Below are positions 27,805 through 37,937 of a stretch of DNA of 64,000 bases, one piece after another. This DNA comes from Verrucomicrobiia bacterium (GTDB lineage: Bacteria > Verrucomicrobiota > Verrucomicrobiia > Limisphaerales > UBA1319). The position numbers and the translations under genes were made by a program. Where the stretch lies: NCBI GenBank assembly GCA_963664225.1, contig OY760937.1:4576001-4640000 (forward strand), given 5' to 3'. A model generated the notes under the pieces. It saw only the letters and a list, made by a program, of their open reading frames with translations, had not been told where the DNA came from and searched no databases. Every line of letters begins with the position of its first letter. The stretch's first letter is position 1.

Positions 27805-29715
27805 ATGGCAATGAACAAGAAATCAAATTTCACGACCTATCTGTTCTCGAGCGCCGGTGTGGTTGTCATGTTTTTGATCCTGGTGGCGGTGTATGTCATC
27901 AGCGGCGCGGTTAAACACCGATTCGACCTGACCTCGGACCGGCTATTCACCCTTTCGGACGGGACACGCAATATTCTCAAGAAGTTGGATACGCCGGTGC
28001 AAATCCGATTTTATTGCACACAGAATGCGAGCACGATGCCCGTGTTTTTGAAGACCTACGCCCAGCAGGTCGAGGATTTGCTCGAGGAATACCGCAAGGC
28101 CGCCAACGGCAATATCGAGATCAAGAAATTGGATCCCCAGCCGGATTCAGACGCGGAGGATTCCGCCAACCTGGACGGAATCGAGGGACAGATGGCTGCC
28201 AACGGCGAGAAGATCTTTTTGGGAATCGCGATCAATTGCCTGGATGAAAAGGTTTCGGTGCCATTCCTGACGCCGGACCGGGAGCGTCAACTCGAGTACG
28301 ATGTGTCGCGCGCCATTTCACAGGTGACGACAACGCAGAAGCCGGTCGTCGGGGTCATGAGTGCGCTGCCGGTCTTTGGGGCGTTCGACCCCATGTCGAT
28401 GCAAATGGGGCGTCCGAATCGCCAGGATCCGTGGGTGTTCGTCGGGGAATTGAAGCGGGATTACACCGTCAAGCAGGTGGAGATGACGGCGGAAAAAATC
28501 GAAGACGACATCAAGGTGCTGGTGGTGGTTTATCCCAAGGATATCACGGACAAGACGCAGTATGCGATCGATCAGTTCGTGTTGCGCGGGGGCAAGCTGG
28601 TGGCGTTCCTGGATCCGCTGTCGCTGGTGGACAGCCGGACGGCGGCGAGCAATCCCATGCAGCGCAATATGGGGAGCGGGGCGACGCTGGACAAGCTGCT
28701 CAAGGCCTGGGGCATCGAAATGGACAAGGGCAAGGTGGTGGCTGATCTGGATTACGCGGCGCGCATCAACCGGGGCGGCAAGCCGGAAGTCGCTCCCGCC
28801 GTGCTGGCCTTGACGCAGGAAGCGATGGATACCAATGACGTGGTCACCAGCCAGATCGATAATCTGGTGATGCCGTTCCCGGGCGGTTTCACGGGAACGC
28901 CCGCCGAGGGATTGAAAAAGACGGTTTTGATTCAAACCACCACCTCAGGTCAATTGGTCGATAAGATGATGGCCGAATTCTCCGGCGAACAGTTGAGCAA
29001 GGAATTCTCCGCCACTGGCAAACAATACGCGCTGGCACTGCGCCTGACAGGCAAATTCAAGACGGCGTTTCCCGAGGGCCAGCCCAAGGATGTAACGGAC
29101 GCCAAGGCGGCGGCGGACAAAAAGGAAGCGCCTGCCGAACCGTCGCTGAAAGAATCCAAGAGCGAGGGCGCGGTGGTGTTGGTGGCGGATGCGGACATGC
29201 TTTACGACCAGTTCTGCGTGCAGGTGCAGAACTTTCTCGGGCAGAAGATTGTGACCCCGATCAACGCGAATCTGAATTTGATGCAAAATGTGGTGGACCA
29301 GATGGGGGGCGATCAGAATCTGATCGGCGTCCGAAGCCGGGCCACGATGACGCGTCCATTTACGGTGGTCAAACGCATGCAGACCGAGGCGGATGAAAAG
29401 TATCGCAACCGGATCAAGGACCTGGAGAAGAGCCTGGCCGACACGCAGCAGAAGCTCAACGAAATGCAGACCAAGAAGGAAGGCGGCCAGCGGTTCATTC
29501 TCTCGCCTGAACAACAGAATGCGATTCAACAATTCCGGCAGGATGAAGCGAAGGTGAAAAAGGAACTCAAGGACGTGCGCAAGAGTCTGCGCCGTGACAT
29601 CGAATCGCTGGAAACCCGTCTGGAATGGATCAATATTGCCGGCATGCCGTTCCTTGTGACGATGTCCGGGATCGCGCTGGCGCTGTTTAAACGCAAAAAG
29701 ACCGCGGCAAAATGA
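27805..29715 (+). CDS. GldG-family ABC auxiliary component
   Basis: RFDLTSDRLFTLSDGT, LEYDVSRAI, YAIDQFVLRGG; N- and C-terminal TM; coiled coil near the C-terminus. Confidence 0.88.
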   Translation: MAMNKKSNFTTYLFSSAGVVVMFLILVAVYVISGAVKHRFDLTSDRLFTLSDGTRNILKKLDTPVQIRFYCTQNASTMPVFLKTYAQQVEDLLEEYRKAANGNIEIKKLDPQPDSDAEDSANLDGIEGQMAANGEKIFLGIAINCLDEKVSVPFLTPDRERQLEYDVSRAISQVTTTQKPVVGVMSALPVFGAFDPMSMQMGRPNRQDPWVFVGELKRDYTVKQVEMTAEKIEDDIKVLVVVYPKDITDKTQYAIDQFVLRGGKLVAFLDPLSLVDSRTAASNPMQRNMGSGATLDKLLKAWGIEMDKGKVVADLDYAARINRGGKPEVAPAVLALTQEAMDTNDVVTSQIDNLVMPFPGGFTGTPAEGLKKTVLIQTTTSGQLVDKMMAEFSGEQLSKEFSATGKQYALALRLTGKFKTAFPEGQPKDVTDAKAAADKKEAPAEPSLKESKSEGAVVLVADADMLYDQFCVQVQNFLGQKIVTPINANLNLMQNVVDQMGGDQNLIGVRSRATMTRPFTVVKRMQTEADEKYRNRIKDLEKSLADTQQKLNEMQTKKEGGQRFILSPEQQNAIQQFRQDEAKVKKELKDVRKSLRRDIESLETRLEWINIAGMPFLVTMSGIALALFKRKKTAAK

Positions 29716-30989
29716 ACCTCAAACAACTCTCGATTCTCATCGTTTTGGTGATCGTGCTGGGCGGGGCGGGCTTGTTCCTGCACCAGCGTAACACGGCCTC
29801 CTGGCAGGCATCCGACCGGGTCGGCGACGAAAAACTACTGGGTCAATTTCCGTTGAACGAAGTGGCCCAAATTACCATCAAACAAGCCAGTGGCGAACTT
29901 AACCTCGTCAAGGGCGACGATGTGTGGAAAGTGCGGGACCGGGCGAATTACCCCGCGAGTTTTTCCGAAATCCAGGAGCTGCTCCGCAAAATGTGGGAGT
30001 TGAAAGGGGTGCAGCGGGTCAAGGTCGGGCCATCGCAATTTGCGCGGCTTGACCTGGTGGCTCCCGCCCCGGGCAAGGGAACGAATACAGGCACGCTGGT
30101 GGAATTCAAGGACAAGGGAGGCAAGGTGGTCAAATCCCTGTTGCTTGGAAAGAAGCACATGCGCCAGGGGGCGGCGCCCAATCCGATGGGAATGGACGAA
30201 GGCGGCTTTCCCGATGGCCGCTATGTGATGGTGACGGACGCTGGAGCGGCTCAGAACGTGTGGGTCATTGGGGATGCGCTGGCCAATGTGGAGGCCAAGC
30301 CGGAGCAGTGGCTGCAAAAGGACTTTGTCAAAGTGGAGAAGATTCAGTCCGTGAACGTCGAGTTTCCCGAGGGCACCAACAGTTGGAAGCTGACCCGTGA
30401 CACGGAAGGCGGCGAATTGAAGCTGGCCGATAAAAAGGCCGGTGAGGAGCTGGATGCGAGCAAGGCGGCAGGCGCGGGCAATGCCCTGGGGTTTGCGAAT
30501 TTTAGCGATGTCGTGGCCCCGGATGCCAAACCGGAAAGTCTGGGTCTGGACAAGCCGATCACGGCCACGCTGACAACGTTCGATCATTTCACGTATGTGG
30601 TTCAAATTGGGAAGGGAACCAATGACGAGAGTTATCCGATCCGGATTTCGGTCAATGCCGATCTGGCCAAGGAGCGCGTGGCTGGAAAGGATGAAAAGAA
30701 AGAGGACAAGGACAAGCTCGACAAGGCGTTCAAGGATTCCCAGGAGAAGCTTCAGGAAAAGTTGAAGCAGGAAAAAGCCTTTGAAAAATGGACCTACGTG
30801 GTTTCAAAGTGGACCGTGGATCCATTGTTGAAGACCCGGGCTGAACTGATGGCCGCACCCAAGAAACCGGACGCGGCGCCCAATACCACGAATGCGACGA
30901 ATGCCATCCCCCCGGCGGCTGCGGGAATGGATCCCGACACCCTGCCTGATGTGCTCAAAGCACCGGCTGGAGAGGCTCCGGCGCAATAG
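29712..30989 (+). CDS. DUF4340-like membrane-anchored exported protein
   Basis: N-terminal TM anchor, repeated WKV...YPA / WKL modules, usual fourth gene of GldAFG-like operons. Confidence 0.8.
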   Translation: MNLKQLSILIVLVIVLGGAGLFLHQRNTASWQASDRVGDEKLLGQFPLNEVAQITIKQASGELNLVKGDDVWKVRDRANYPASFSEIQELLRKMWELKGVQRVKVGPSQFARLDLVAPAPGKGTNTGTLVEFKDKGGKVVKSLLLGKKHMRQGAAPNPMGMDEGGFPDGRYVMVTDAGAAQNVWVIGDALANVEAKPEQWLQKDFVKVEKIQSVNVEFPEGTNSWKLTRDTEGGELKLADKKAGEELDASKAAGAGNALGFANFSDVVAPDAKPESLGLDKPITATLTTFDHFTYVVQIGKGTNDESYPIRISVNADLAKERVAGKDEKKEDKDKLDKAFKDSQEKLQEKLKQEKAFEKWTYVVSKWTVDPLLKTRAELMAAPKKPDAAPNTTNATNAIPPAAAGMDPDTLPDVLKAPAGEAPAQ

Positions 30990-31030
30990 AATTCAGGCTC
31001 GATTACGCTTTTCGATCGCGCTTTTCGACC

Positions 31031-31070
31031 GGCCGTTGCGGGGGAAATTCCACCGCAACGGTCTTTTCAT
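31031..31070 (+). terminator. Intrinsic terminator after the Gld-like operon
   Basis: Stem ggccgttgcgg/ccgcaacggtc followed by T-rich tract. Confidence 0.7.
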
Positions 31071-31132
31071 TTTTCCTTTTCCTTCTTTTGCGGTTTGCAT
31101 CCGGGGGTTGGATGACGTAAATGTTTTTTTCT

Positions 31133-32710
31133 ATGGGCACAGATGTAACGAAACCCAAAGTCGAGATATACGACACCACCTTGCGCGATGGCAGCCAGGG
31201 TGAAGGAATCAATTATTCGGTGGCGGACAAACTCCGTATCGCCGAACGAATTGACGGCTTTGGCATTCAATACATTGAGGGGGGCTGGCCTGGGTCCAAT
31301 CCGAAGGACATCGAGTTCTTCGAGCAGGCGCGAAAGAAGAAATTCAAGAACGCGCGGCTGGCGGCTTTTGGATCGACGCGACGCAAGGGTGTCAGCGCCG
31401 CTGACGACGAGCAGGTGCGCATGCTGCTGGAGGCGGAAACGCCCGTTGTCACCATTTTTGGCAAGACCTGGCTGTTGCATGTGAAGGAAGTATTGCGAAC
31501 GACGCCTGAGGAGAATCTGGCGATGATCGGTGAAACGATCCGCTTCCTCAAGGACAAGGGCCGGATGGTCATCTATGACGCGGAGCACGCCTTTGACGGT
31601 TACAAGGATAATCCCGAGTATGCAATGGCCACCTGGATCGCCGCAGAAAAGGCGGGCGCGGATTCCATAGCGCTGTGCGACACCAACGGCGGGAGTCTTC
31701 CCAGCGAGATCGCACGCATTGTGGAGGCCTACAAGCTCAAGGTGAAGACTCCACTGGGCATCCACTCGCACAACGACATCGGCCTTGGAGTCGCCAATGC
31801 CATTTGCGCCGTGGAGTTGGGCGCAACCATGGTGCAGGGGACGCTCAACGGCTATGGCGAGCGCACGGGCAATTGCAATCTGACGACTGTGATTCCCAAT
31901 CTTGCGTTCAAAATGAAACGCGCGTGCGTGCCCGAGTCGTCATTGGGCAAATTGAAATTGCTTTCCCAATACGTGGATGAGATTGCCAATATCCGGCATG
32001 ATCCGCGCCAGCCGTGGGTTGGCTTGACCGCTTTTGCGCATAAGGGCGGCATGCATGTCAATGCCGTGCAAAAAGTGTCGCGCAGCTTCGAGCATATTGA
32101 CCCCTCGGTGGTGGGCAATACGCGTCGGGTCCTGGTGAGCGATCTGGCCGGCCGAAGCAATATTGTCATGAAGGCCCAGGAATTGGGATTCAAGATCGAC
32201 AACGACACACCGGAACTGAGGGCGATACTCAATCATGTCAAGGAACTGGAGCACGACGGCTTTGAGTTCGAGGCGGCGGAGGGGTCGCTATATCTTTTGA
32301 TCCGCAAAAAGCTTCGCGACACCCAGCCTCGGTTTTCAGTGGAGGCCTACCATGTGTCCATGCGCCGCTCGAATAATCATTCGATCTGCGAGGCGACCAT
32401 CAAGGTGAGGGTGGGGGAAGAGACCGCGCATACCGTGGCGGAAGGGGATGGACCAGTGAACGCCTTGGACAGTGCGTTGCGTTCGGCCCTGGTAAAGTTT
32501 TATCCCAAATTGCAGCGCATCCAATTGAACGATTATAAGGTGCGCATCCTGGATTCAACCACCGGCACTGCCGCCAAGACGCGCGTCCTGATCGATTCCG
32601 GGGACGGCCGCGAGGACTGGGGCACTGTGGGTGTGAGCGGCAATATCATAGAGGCGAGCCTTCAGGCGCTCTGCGACAGCATCGAATATTTTTTAATGAA
32701 AGAGGATTAA
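31133..32710 (+). CDS. cimA: Citramalate synthase (LeuA/CimA family)
   Basis: YDTTLRDGSQGEG, IEGGWPGSNPKD, IYDAEH, LCDTNGG, AFAHKGGMH, AEGDGPVNALD, WGTVGVS. Confidence 0.92.
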   Translation: MGTDVTKPKVEIYDTTLRDGSQGEGINYSVADKLRIAERIDGFGIQYIEGGWPGSNPKDIEFFEQARKKKFKNARLAAFGSTRRKGVSAADDEQVRMLLEAETPVVTIFGKTWLLHVKEVLRTTPEENLAMIGETIRFLKDKGRMVIYDAEHAFDGYKDNPEYAMATWIAAEKAGADSIALCDTNGGSLPSEIARIVEAYKLKVKTPLGIHSHNDIGLGVANAICAVELGATMVQGTLNGYGERTGNCNLTTVIPNLAFKMKRACVPESSLGKLKLLSQYVDEIANIRHDPRQPWVGLTAFAHKGGMHVNAVQKVSRSFEHIDPSVVGNTRRVLVSDLAGRSNIVMKAQELGFKIDNDTPELRAILNHVKELEHDGFEFEAAEGSLYLLIRKKLRDTQPRFSVEAYHVSMRRSNNHSICEATIKVRVGEETAHTVAEGDGPVNALDSALRSALVKFYPKLQRIQLNDYKVRILDSTTGTAAKTRVLIDSGDGREDWGTVGVSGNIIEASLQALCDSIEYFLMKED

Positions 32711-32729
32711 CCTCTCCCAAGAGACTTTT

Positions 32730-35372
32730 ATGTCAGAAATCAGCAAAGCATACGAACCGCAGGCCGTGGAATCCCGCTGGCATCAATTTTGGCTGGATCA
32801 GGGTTGTTTCAAGGCAAACGCGCTATCCACAAAACCGGCTTTTTCGATCGTCATACCACCGCCCAACGTCACGGGCATTCTGCATTTGGGGCATGTGCTC
32901 AATAACACCATCCAGGACATTCTGGCGCGCAAGGCCCGGATGGAAGGGTGCGAAGTGCTCTGGCTGCCGGGCACCGATCACGCCGGGATCGCCACACAAG
33001 TCGTGGTGGAAAAACGGCTCAAAAAAGATGAGAAACTGAGCCGGCATGACCTGGGCCGTGAGAAATTCATCGAGCGGGTCTGGCAGTGGAAGGAGAAGCA
33101 CGGCGGGATCATCATCGACCAGTTGAAAAAACTGGGCTGCTCCTGCGATTGGTCGCGCGAGCGTTTCACGATGGACGCCGAATATTCCGGCCGCGTTGCG
33201 GAAACCTTTGTCGATCTCTACAACAAAGGGCTGATCTATCGCGGCAAGCGGATGGTCAATTGGTGTCCGGTCTCGCAGACGGCGTTGTCGGACGAAGAGG
33301 TCATCATGAAGCCGCAGAAGGGCGGCCTGTATTATTTCAAGGTCGAAGTGGCCGACGAACCGGGCACATTCCTCACCATTGCCACCACCCGGCCGGAGAC
33401 GATTCCCGGGGATACAGCGGTTGCGGTCAATCCCAAGGATCCGCGTTATGCGCGCTACATTGGCAAAATGGTCATTCGGCCGTTGCCGTGTGAATTACCG
33501 CTGCAACAGAAACTCATCCCAATCATTGGGGACGAGCTGGTCGATTTCACATTCGGAACCGGCGTGTTGAAAGTGACGCCCGCGCATGACAAGACGGACT
33601 TCGAGATTGGTCAACGGCACAAGCTAGGCTTTATCGAAGTGATCAAGGCCGACGGAACGATGGATGAAAAAGCCGGGACCGACCTTGCGGGCATGGAGAG
33701 GTTTGCCGCGCGGAAGAAAGCGAACGAATTGCTGGGTGAGATGGGCCTCTTTGAGAAGGAGGAACCTTATCAAAACAATGTGGGCTACAGCGAGCGAGCG
33801 GATGTTCCCATTGAGCCCCGTTTGTCCGAGCAGTGGTTCCTGAAATATCCGAGCCAGGAAAAGGCGCGGCAGGTGGTGTCGAGCGGGGACCTGCGGTTCT
33901 TCCCGGAACGCTGGTCGAAGGTGTATGACCACTGGCTGGGGAACATTCAGGATTGGTGCATCAGCCGCCAGCTTTGGTGGGGGCATCGCATTCCGGTGTG
34001 GTACCGGGGCAAGGAAATCAAGTGCCAGGTTGCTTCGCCGGGAGCGGATTGGAAGCAGGATACAGACGTGCTGGACACCTGGTTTTCGTCCTGGTTGTGG
34101 CCGTTCGCCACGATGGATGAGGCCACGCGGAAGAAGTTTTATCCCACCTCGGTGCTGGTGACGGCGCCTGAAATTCTTTTCTTCTGGGTCGCGCGAATGA
34201 TCATGGCCGGGTTCGAATACACCGGGCAGAAACCATTCCGTGACGTGTATTTAACGGGCATCGTGCGGGACAAGCAGGGGCGGAAGATGTCCAAGAGCCT
34301 GGGCAATTCCCCGGATCCGTTGGATCTGATCGCGCGGCTTGGAGCGGACGCGCTGCGGTTTGGTGTGATGCGTTCGGCGCCGCTCGGCCAGGACCTGCTG
34401 TTCGACGAACAGCACGTCGAACTGGGCCGCAATTTCTGCAATAAATTGTGGAACGGCTGCCGATTCCGCCAGATGCAAGGCGGGGAAGTGGAAGGGGAGA
34501 TCGATTCCAAGCGGCTCACGAGCGACGATAAATGGATATTGTTGCGGCTGGACCGCGCGATTCGTGAGATTGACACGGCATACGCGGAATACCGCTTCAG
34601 CGAGGTGACATCGGTGCTTTACCGTTTTTTCTGGAACGAGTATTGCGATTGGTACATCGAGGCCTCCAAGGCGGTGTTCAAGAGTGACGATGCGGCGCAG
34701 AAAGCCAATACGCTGGCGGTCATCGACTTCGTGCTCTCGCACATGCTGCGCCTGTTTCATCCATTCCTGCCGTTCATCACAGAGGAACTGTGGCATGGGA
34801 TGGGATATTGCCAGGAACTTCCCGACGACCAGGGCGGACGGACGATCATGTTTGCGCACTGGCCCAAGCCGTTGGACGAAGACTTCAAGGCGCATTATGG
34901 GTTGATCGAAGAGGACGAAAAATCCGTGAACGCCAAATACGAATTGATCTCCCAGGGGCGGAATCTGCGGCGGGAGGGAAATATTCAGTCCGGCAAGAAA
35001 GTCAAATATGTGTTCAAACCGGCGACCCCGATGTCCGAGTATGAAACCGAGGTGTTCAAACTGCTGCTCAATGCGGAGCCGCTGGTCATGGATGCTCAAT
35101 TCGTTCCGGCCAAGGGAACGCCGGCGGTGCGTTCGGAATTGGGCGAGCTTTATCTGCCCCTGGAAGGCTTGATTGACGTGGGCGCGGAGAAGGCGCGTCT
35201 GGCCAAGGCGCTGGAAAAGATCGACCAGGAGATCGAGCGGGCCAACCAGCGGTTGAACAATCCCGCGTTCACACAGAAGGCTCCGCCCGAGGTGCTTGAG
35301 GAGCATCGGAAGCGGTTGACCGAATGGCAGGCCAAACGCCAACAGACACAGACGGCTTTGGAAGCGCTGTAA
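32730..35372 (+). CDS. valS: Valine--tRNA ligase
   Basis: PPPNVTGILHLGH, PGTDHAGIATQ, DWCISRQLWWGHRIP, KMSKS, C-terminal coiled coil. Confidence 0.98.
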   Translation: MSEISKAYEPQAVESRWHQFWLDQGCFKANALSTKPAFSIVIPPPNVTGILHLGHVLNNTIQDILARKARMEGCEVLWLPGTDHAGIATQVVVEKRLKKDEKLSRHDLGREKFIERVWQWKEKHGGIIIDQLKKLGCSCDWSRERFTMDAEYSGRVAETFVDLYNKGLIYRGKRMVNWCPVSQTALSDEEVIMKPQKGGLYYFKVEVADEPGTFLTIATTRPETIPGDTAVAVNPKDPRYARYIGKMVIRPLPCELPLQQKLIPIIGDELVDFTFGTGVLKVTPAHDKTDFEIGQRHKLGFIEVIKADGTMDEKAGTDLAGMERFAARKKANELLGEMGLFEKEEPYQNNVGYSERADVPIEPRLSEQWFLKYPSQEKARQVVSSGDLRFFPERWSKVYDHWLGNIQDWCISRQLWWGHRIPVWYRGKEIKCQVASPGADWKQDTDVLDTWFSSWLWPFATMDEATRKKFYPTSVLVTAPEILFFWVARMIMAGFEYTGQKPFRDVYLTGIVRDKQGRKMSKSLGNSPDPLDLIARLGADALRFGVMRSAPLGQDLLFDEQHVELGRNFCNKLWNGCRFRQMQGGEVEGEIDSKRLTSDDKWILLRLDRAIREIDTAYAEYRFSEVTSVLYRFFWNEYCDWYIEASKAVFKSDDAAQKANTLAVIDFVLSHMLRLFHPFLPFITEELWHGMGYCQELPDDQGGRTIMFAHWPKPLDEDFKAHYGLIEEDEKSVNAKYELISQGRNLRREGNIQSGKKVKYVFKPATPMSEYETEVFKLLLNAEPLVMDAQFVPAKGTPAVRSELGELYLPLEGLIDVGAEKARLAKALEKIDQEIERANQRLNNPAFTQKAPPEVLEEHRKRLTEWQAKRQQTQTALEAL

Positions 35373-35461
35373 ACGAAGGCCGACACGGGCAACCCTTTCA
35401 AGGCTGCCCGGGAAATGCCTGGTGAGGCGCCGGAACCATAGCGTGGACCGGCTGGCATGGG

Positions 35462-35486
35462 GGCCTGGCCTGGCCTGGTCTGGCCT
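35462..35486. repeat. Pentamer tandem repeat (GGCCT x5, one copy GGTCT)
   Basis: ggcct ggcct ggcct ggtct ggcct read directly upstream of crcB. Confidence 0.7.
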
Positions 35487-35509
35487 GTGGCAGCGCAAAG
35501 GCGTTTTGT

Positions 35510-35908
35510 ATGTTAAACTACTTTTGGATCGGCGTTGGAAGCGCGATTGGCGGGATGATGCGTTACGGGTTATCCGGTTGGGTGGCGTTGCGCATGGGCC
35601 CCTCGTTTCCCTGGGGCACGCTGGTCGTCAACGTGAGCGGTTCGTTCCTGATCGGGTTCATCGGAGCGATGACGCTACCGCAGGGGCGCATGTGGATCAG
35701 CCCCATGGCCCGTGATTTTCTGATGCTGGGTATTTGCGGCGGTTACACGACGTTTTCATCGTTCAGCCTGCAAACGCTCCATTTGATGAGCGACGGCGAC
35801 TGGCTCAACGCAACACTGAACGTGGCGGGATCCGTTCTGGGCTGCATGGCGGCCGTATGGCTGGGTCACGTGTGCGCGATGAGTTTGAATCAGATGAAGG
35901 GCCAATAA
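35510..35908 (+). CDS. crcB: Fluoride efflux channel Fluc/CrcB
   Basis: GSAIGGMMRY, FPWGTLVVNVSGSF, GICGGYTTFSSF. Confidence 0.95.
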   Translation: MLNYFWIGVGSAIGGMMRYGLSGWVALRMGPSFPWGTLVVNVSGSFLIGFIGAMTLPQGRMWISPMARDFLMLGICGGYTTFSSFSLQTLHLMSDGDWLNATLNVAGSVLGCMAAVWLGHVCAMSLNQMKGQ

Positions 35909-36265
35909 ATGAAAATTCCGAAAGAAGCGGTTTTGTTGCGCATCTTCATTGGCGAAAGCGACCGTTGCGGCCATCAGCCTTTGCATGAGGCGATCGTTCT
36001 CAAAGCGCGGGAGCTGCACCTGGCGGGGGCCACGGTGCTGCGTGGCGCGATGGGATTTGGAATCAACAGCCGTTTGCACACCGCTAAGATCCTGCGTTTA
36101 TCCCAGGACCTGCCAGTGATCATTGAGATTGTGGATAGCGAGGAGAAGATTAACTCCTTCCTGCCGATCCTGGATGCAATGATGGGAGGAGGTCTGGTGA
36201 CGATCGAAAAGGTGACGGTGTTGCATTACCGGACCCAACCGGGCGATAACCAGGTGGGCTCGTGA
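35909..36265 (+). CDS. DUF190 (PII-like) protein
   Basis: LLRIFIGESD, LAGATVLRG.MGFG, LHTAKILRLSQDLPVIIEIVD; usual crcB neighbour. Confidence 0.92.
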   Translation: MKIPKEAVLLRIFIGESDRCGHQPLHEAIVLKARELHLAGATVLRGAMGFGINSRLHTAKILRLSQDLPVIIEIVDSEEKINSFLPILDAMMGGGLVTIEKVTVLHYRTQPGDNQVGS

Positions 36266-37068
36266 GAAAATATTGGCACATCGTCAATATTGGGATTCAG
36301 AACACGCTGGTTTATCGCGCCAATTACCTGTTTCGCGGGGTGCTGACCCTGGTGCCGCTGGTGGCGATTTTGTTTTTGTGGGAGGCGGTTTACGCCAGTC
36401 GGGCTACAGGCGGCATGGTGGCCGGTTACGACCTGGCCAAAATGATCTCCTATTACCTCGCGGTGATGGTGGTGGATTCCCTGACGGCGGTGACCGATGA
36501 CGACTGGCAGATCGCCGCGGACATCAAGGATGGCAACATCAGCCAATTTCTGCTCAAGCCGATGGATTACATGGCCTACCGAATCTGCCTGTTCGGAGCG
36601 GGGCGGCTGGTTTATTTCGCGGTTGCCGTGATTCCGATGGCCCTGTTCATACTGTATGAACGTCACTTCATTTATGTGCCGGTTCACGGTGCGACCTGGA
36701 TCTGGTTTGGATTCTCGCTGATCCTGACGGCAATCCTGCAGTTTCTAATTTCCTACACACTGGCGATGCTGGCTTTCTGGCTGCTGGAAATATCGACGCT
36801 GATCTTCATTGTGTTCGCGTTTGAGAATCTTGCCGGGGGGCATTTGTTTCCCCTGGACATCCTGCCACCGCGGCTTGCCCAGATTCTGAATTTCACGCCG
36901 TTTCCCTATCAACTTTTTTTCCCGGTGAGCATTTACCTGGAGCAGGTCAGCGCAACGGCATTGTGGCATGGTCTGGCGATGCAGATCTTATGGGTCACGG
37001 CCATATTTGTTCTCGCCCGGTGGACCTGGCGGCGGGGCATCAAACATTACGAAGCGGTGGGCGGGTAG
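36262..37068 (+). CDS. ABC-2 family permease (DUF990-type)
   Basis: LVYRANY, IKDGNISQFLLKP, LAGGHLFPLDILP, YEAVGG; GTG start. Confidence 0.85.
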   Translation: MRKYWHIVNIGIQNTLVYRANYLFRGVLTLVPLVAILFLWEAVYASRATGGMVAGYDLAKMISYYLAVMVVDSLTAVTDDDWQIAADIKDGNISQFLLKPMDYMAYRICLFGAGRLVYFAVAVIPMALFILYERHFIYVPVHGATWIWFGFSLILTAILQFLISYTLAMLAFWLLEISTLIFIVFAFENLAGGHLFPLDILPPRLAQILNFTPFPYQLFFPVSIYLEQVSATALWHGLAMQILWVTAIFVLARWTWRRGIKHYEAVGG

Positions 37069-37077
37069 GCTGATTCA

Positions 37078-37932
37078 ATGAATACCAGGAATAAATCAGA
37101 AGATACCGTGGATCCCCGCCCGAGAGGCCCCCAATCCAAACTGCGGCGTTACGCGATCATTTACGCGGCGCTGTGGCGCAATTCCGTGGTGCGGGAGATG
37201 AGTTTTAAGACAAACTTCTTAATGTGGATCGTGGTCGAAATGCTGTGGTTCGTCCTGCAACTCGCGTTTGTGGCGGTGATCTACCAGCATACGGATCAGA
37301 TCGCCACCTGGACGCAGTGGGAAGTCGTGTTGCTGGTGGGAACGAGCCATTTTGTGCAGCAGACATTTGGCGCGCTATTCCTGACCAATTGCGCTCAACT
37401 GTCCGAGCACATCCGGACCGGGAAAATGGACTTCATGCTGTTGCTGCCCGTGAATACGCGGTTCCTGATATCGCTGCGCCAGGTCGATTTGGGGGGATTT
37501 GTCAATGCGGTGTCGGCCCTGGTCGTGGTGGGATATGCGGCCCATCAACTGCATCTGGCACCCACACTGGCACAAATGACGGGTTTCGTGCTGCTGTGCG
37601 GCGCGAGCGTGATCATTCACTACTCACTGATGCTGTTGCTTTCGAGCGTGAGCTTCTGGACCATCCGCGCGCAGAGCGTGGTGTGGGGATATTACAATTT
37701 GTTCAACATCGCCCGTTTGCCAGACGCGGCCTTTAACGGTTTGTTCAAGGCGTTTTTCACAATGGTGCTGCCCATGCTGCTTGTGGCCAATGTGCCAACC
37801 AAAGTATTGGTCCAGCGGTTGAGCCAGCCTGGAGAAATGGCTCTGTTACTGCTGATGTGCGCGGTGTGCTTCGTTGTTTCCGAGGTGGGCTGGCGGGTGG
37901 CTTTAAGATATTACACCAGCGCAAGCTCCTGA
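37078..37932 (+). CDS. ABC-2 family permease (DUF990-type), second subunit
   Basis: EMSFKTNF, IRTGKMDFMLLLPV, C-terminal YTSASS. Confidence 0.85.
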   Translation: MNTRNKSEDTVDPRPRGPQSKLRRYAIIYAALWRNSVVREMSFKTNFLMWIVVEMLWFVLQLAFVAVIYQHTDQIATWTQWEVVLLVGTSHFVQQTFGALFLTNCAQLSEHIRTGKMDFMLLLPVNTRFLISLRQVDLGGFVNAVSALVVVGYAAHQLHLAPTLAQMTGFVLLCGASVIIHYSLMLLLSSVSFWTIRAQSVVWGYYNLFNIARLPDAAFNGLFKAFFTMVLPMLLVANVPTKVLVQRLSQPGEMALLLLMCAVCFVVSEVGWRVALRYYTSASS

Positions 37933-37937
37933 GGGTT

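Noticed and set aside
30990..31132. Amino-acid attenuator upstream of cimA
   Set aside because: A terminator is present but no Ile/Leu/Val-rich leader peptide was found; it is better explained as the end of the upstream operon
35373..35509. Fluoride riboswitch expected upstream of crcB
   Set aside because: No GGxGATGGxGTTCxCC-like 5' element or matching pseudoknot seen
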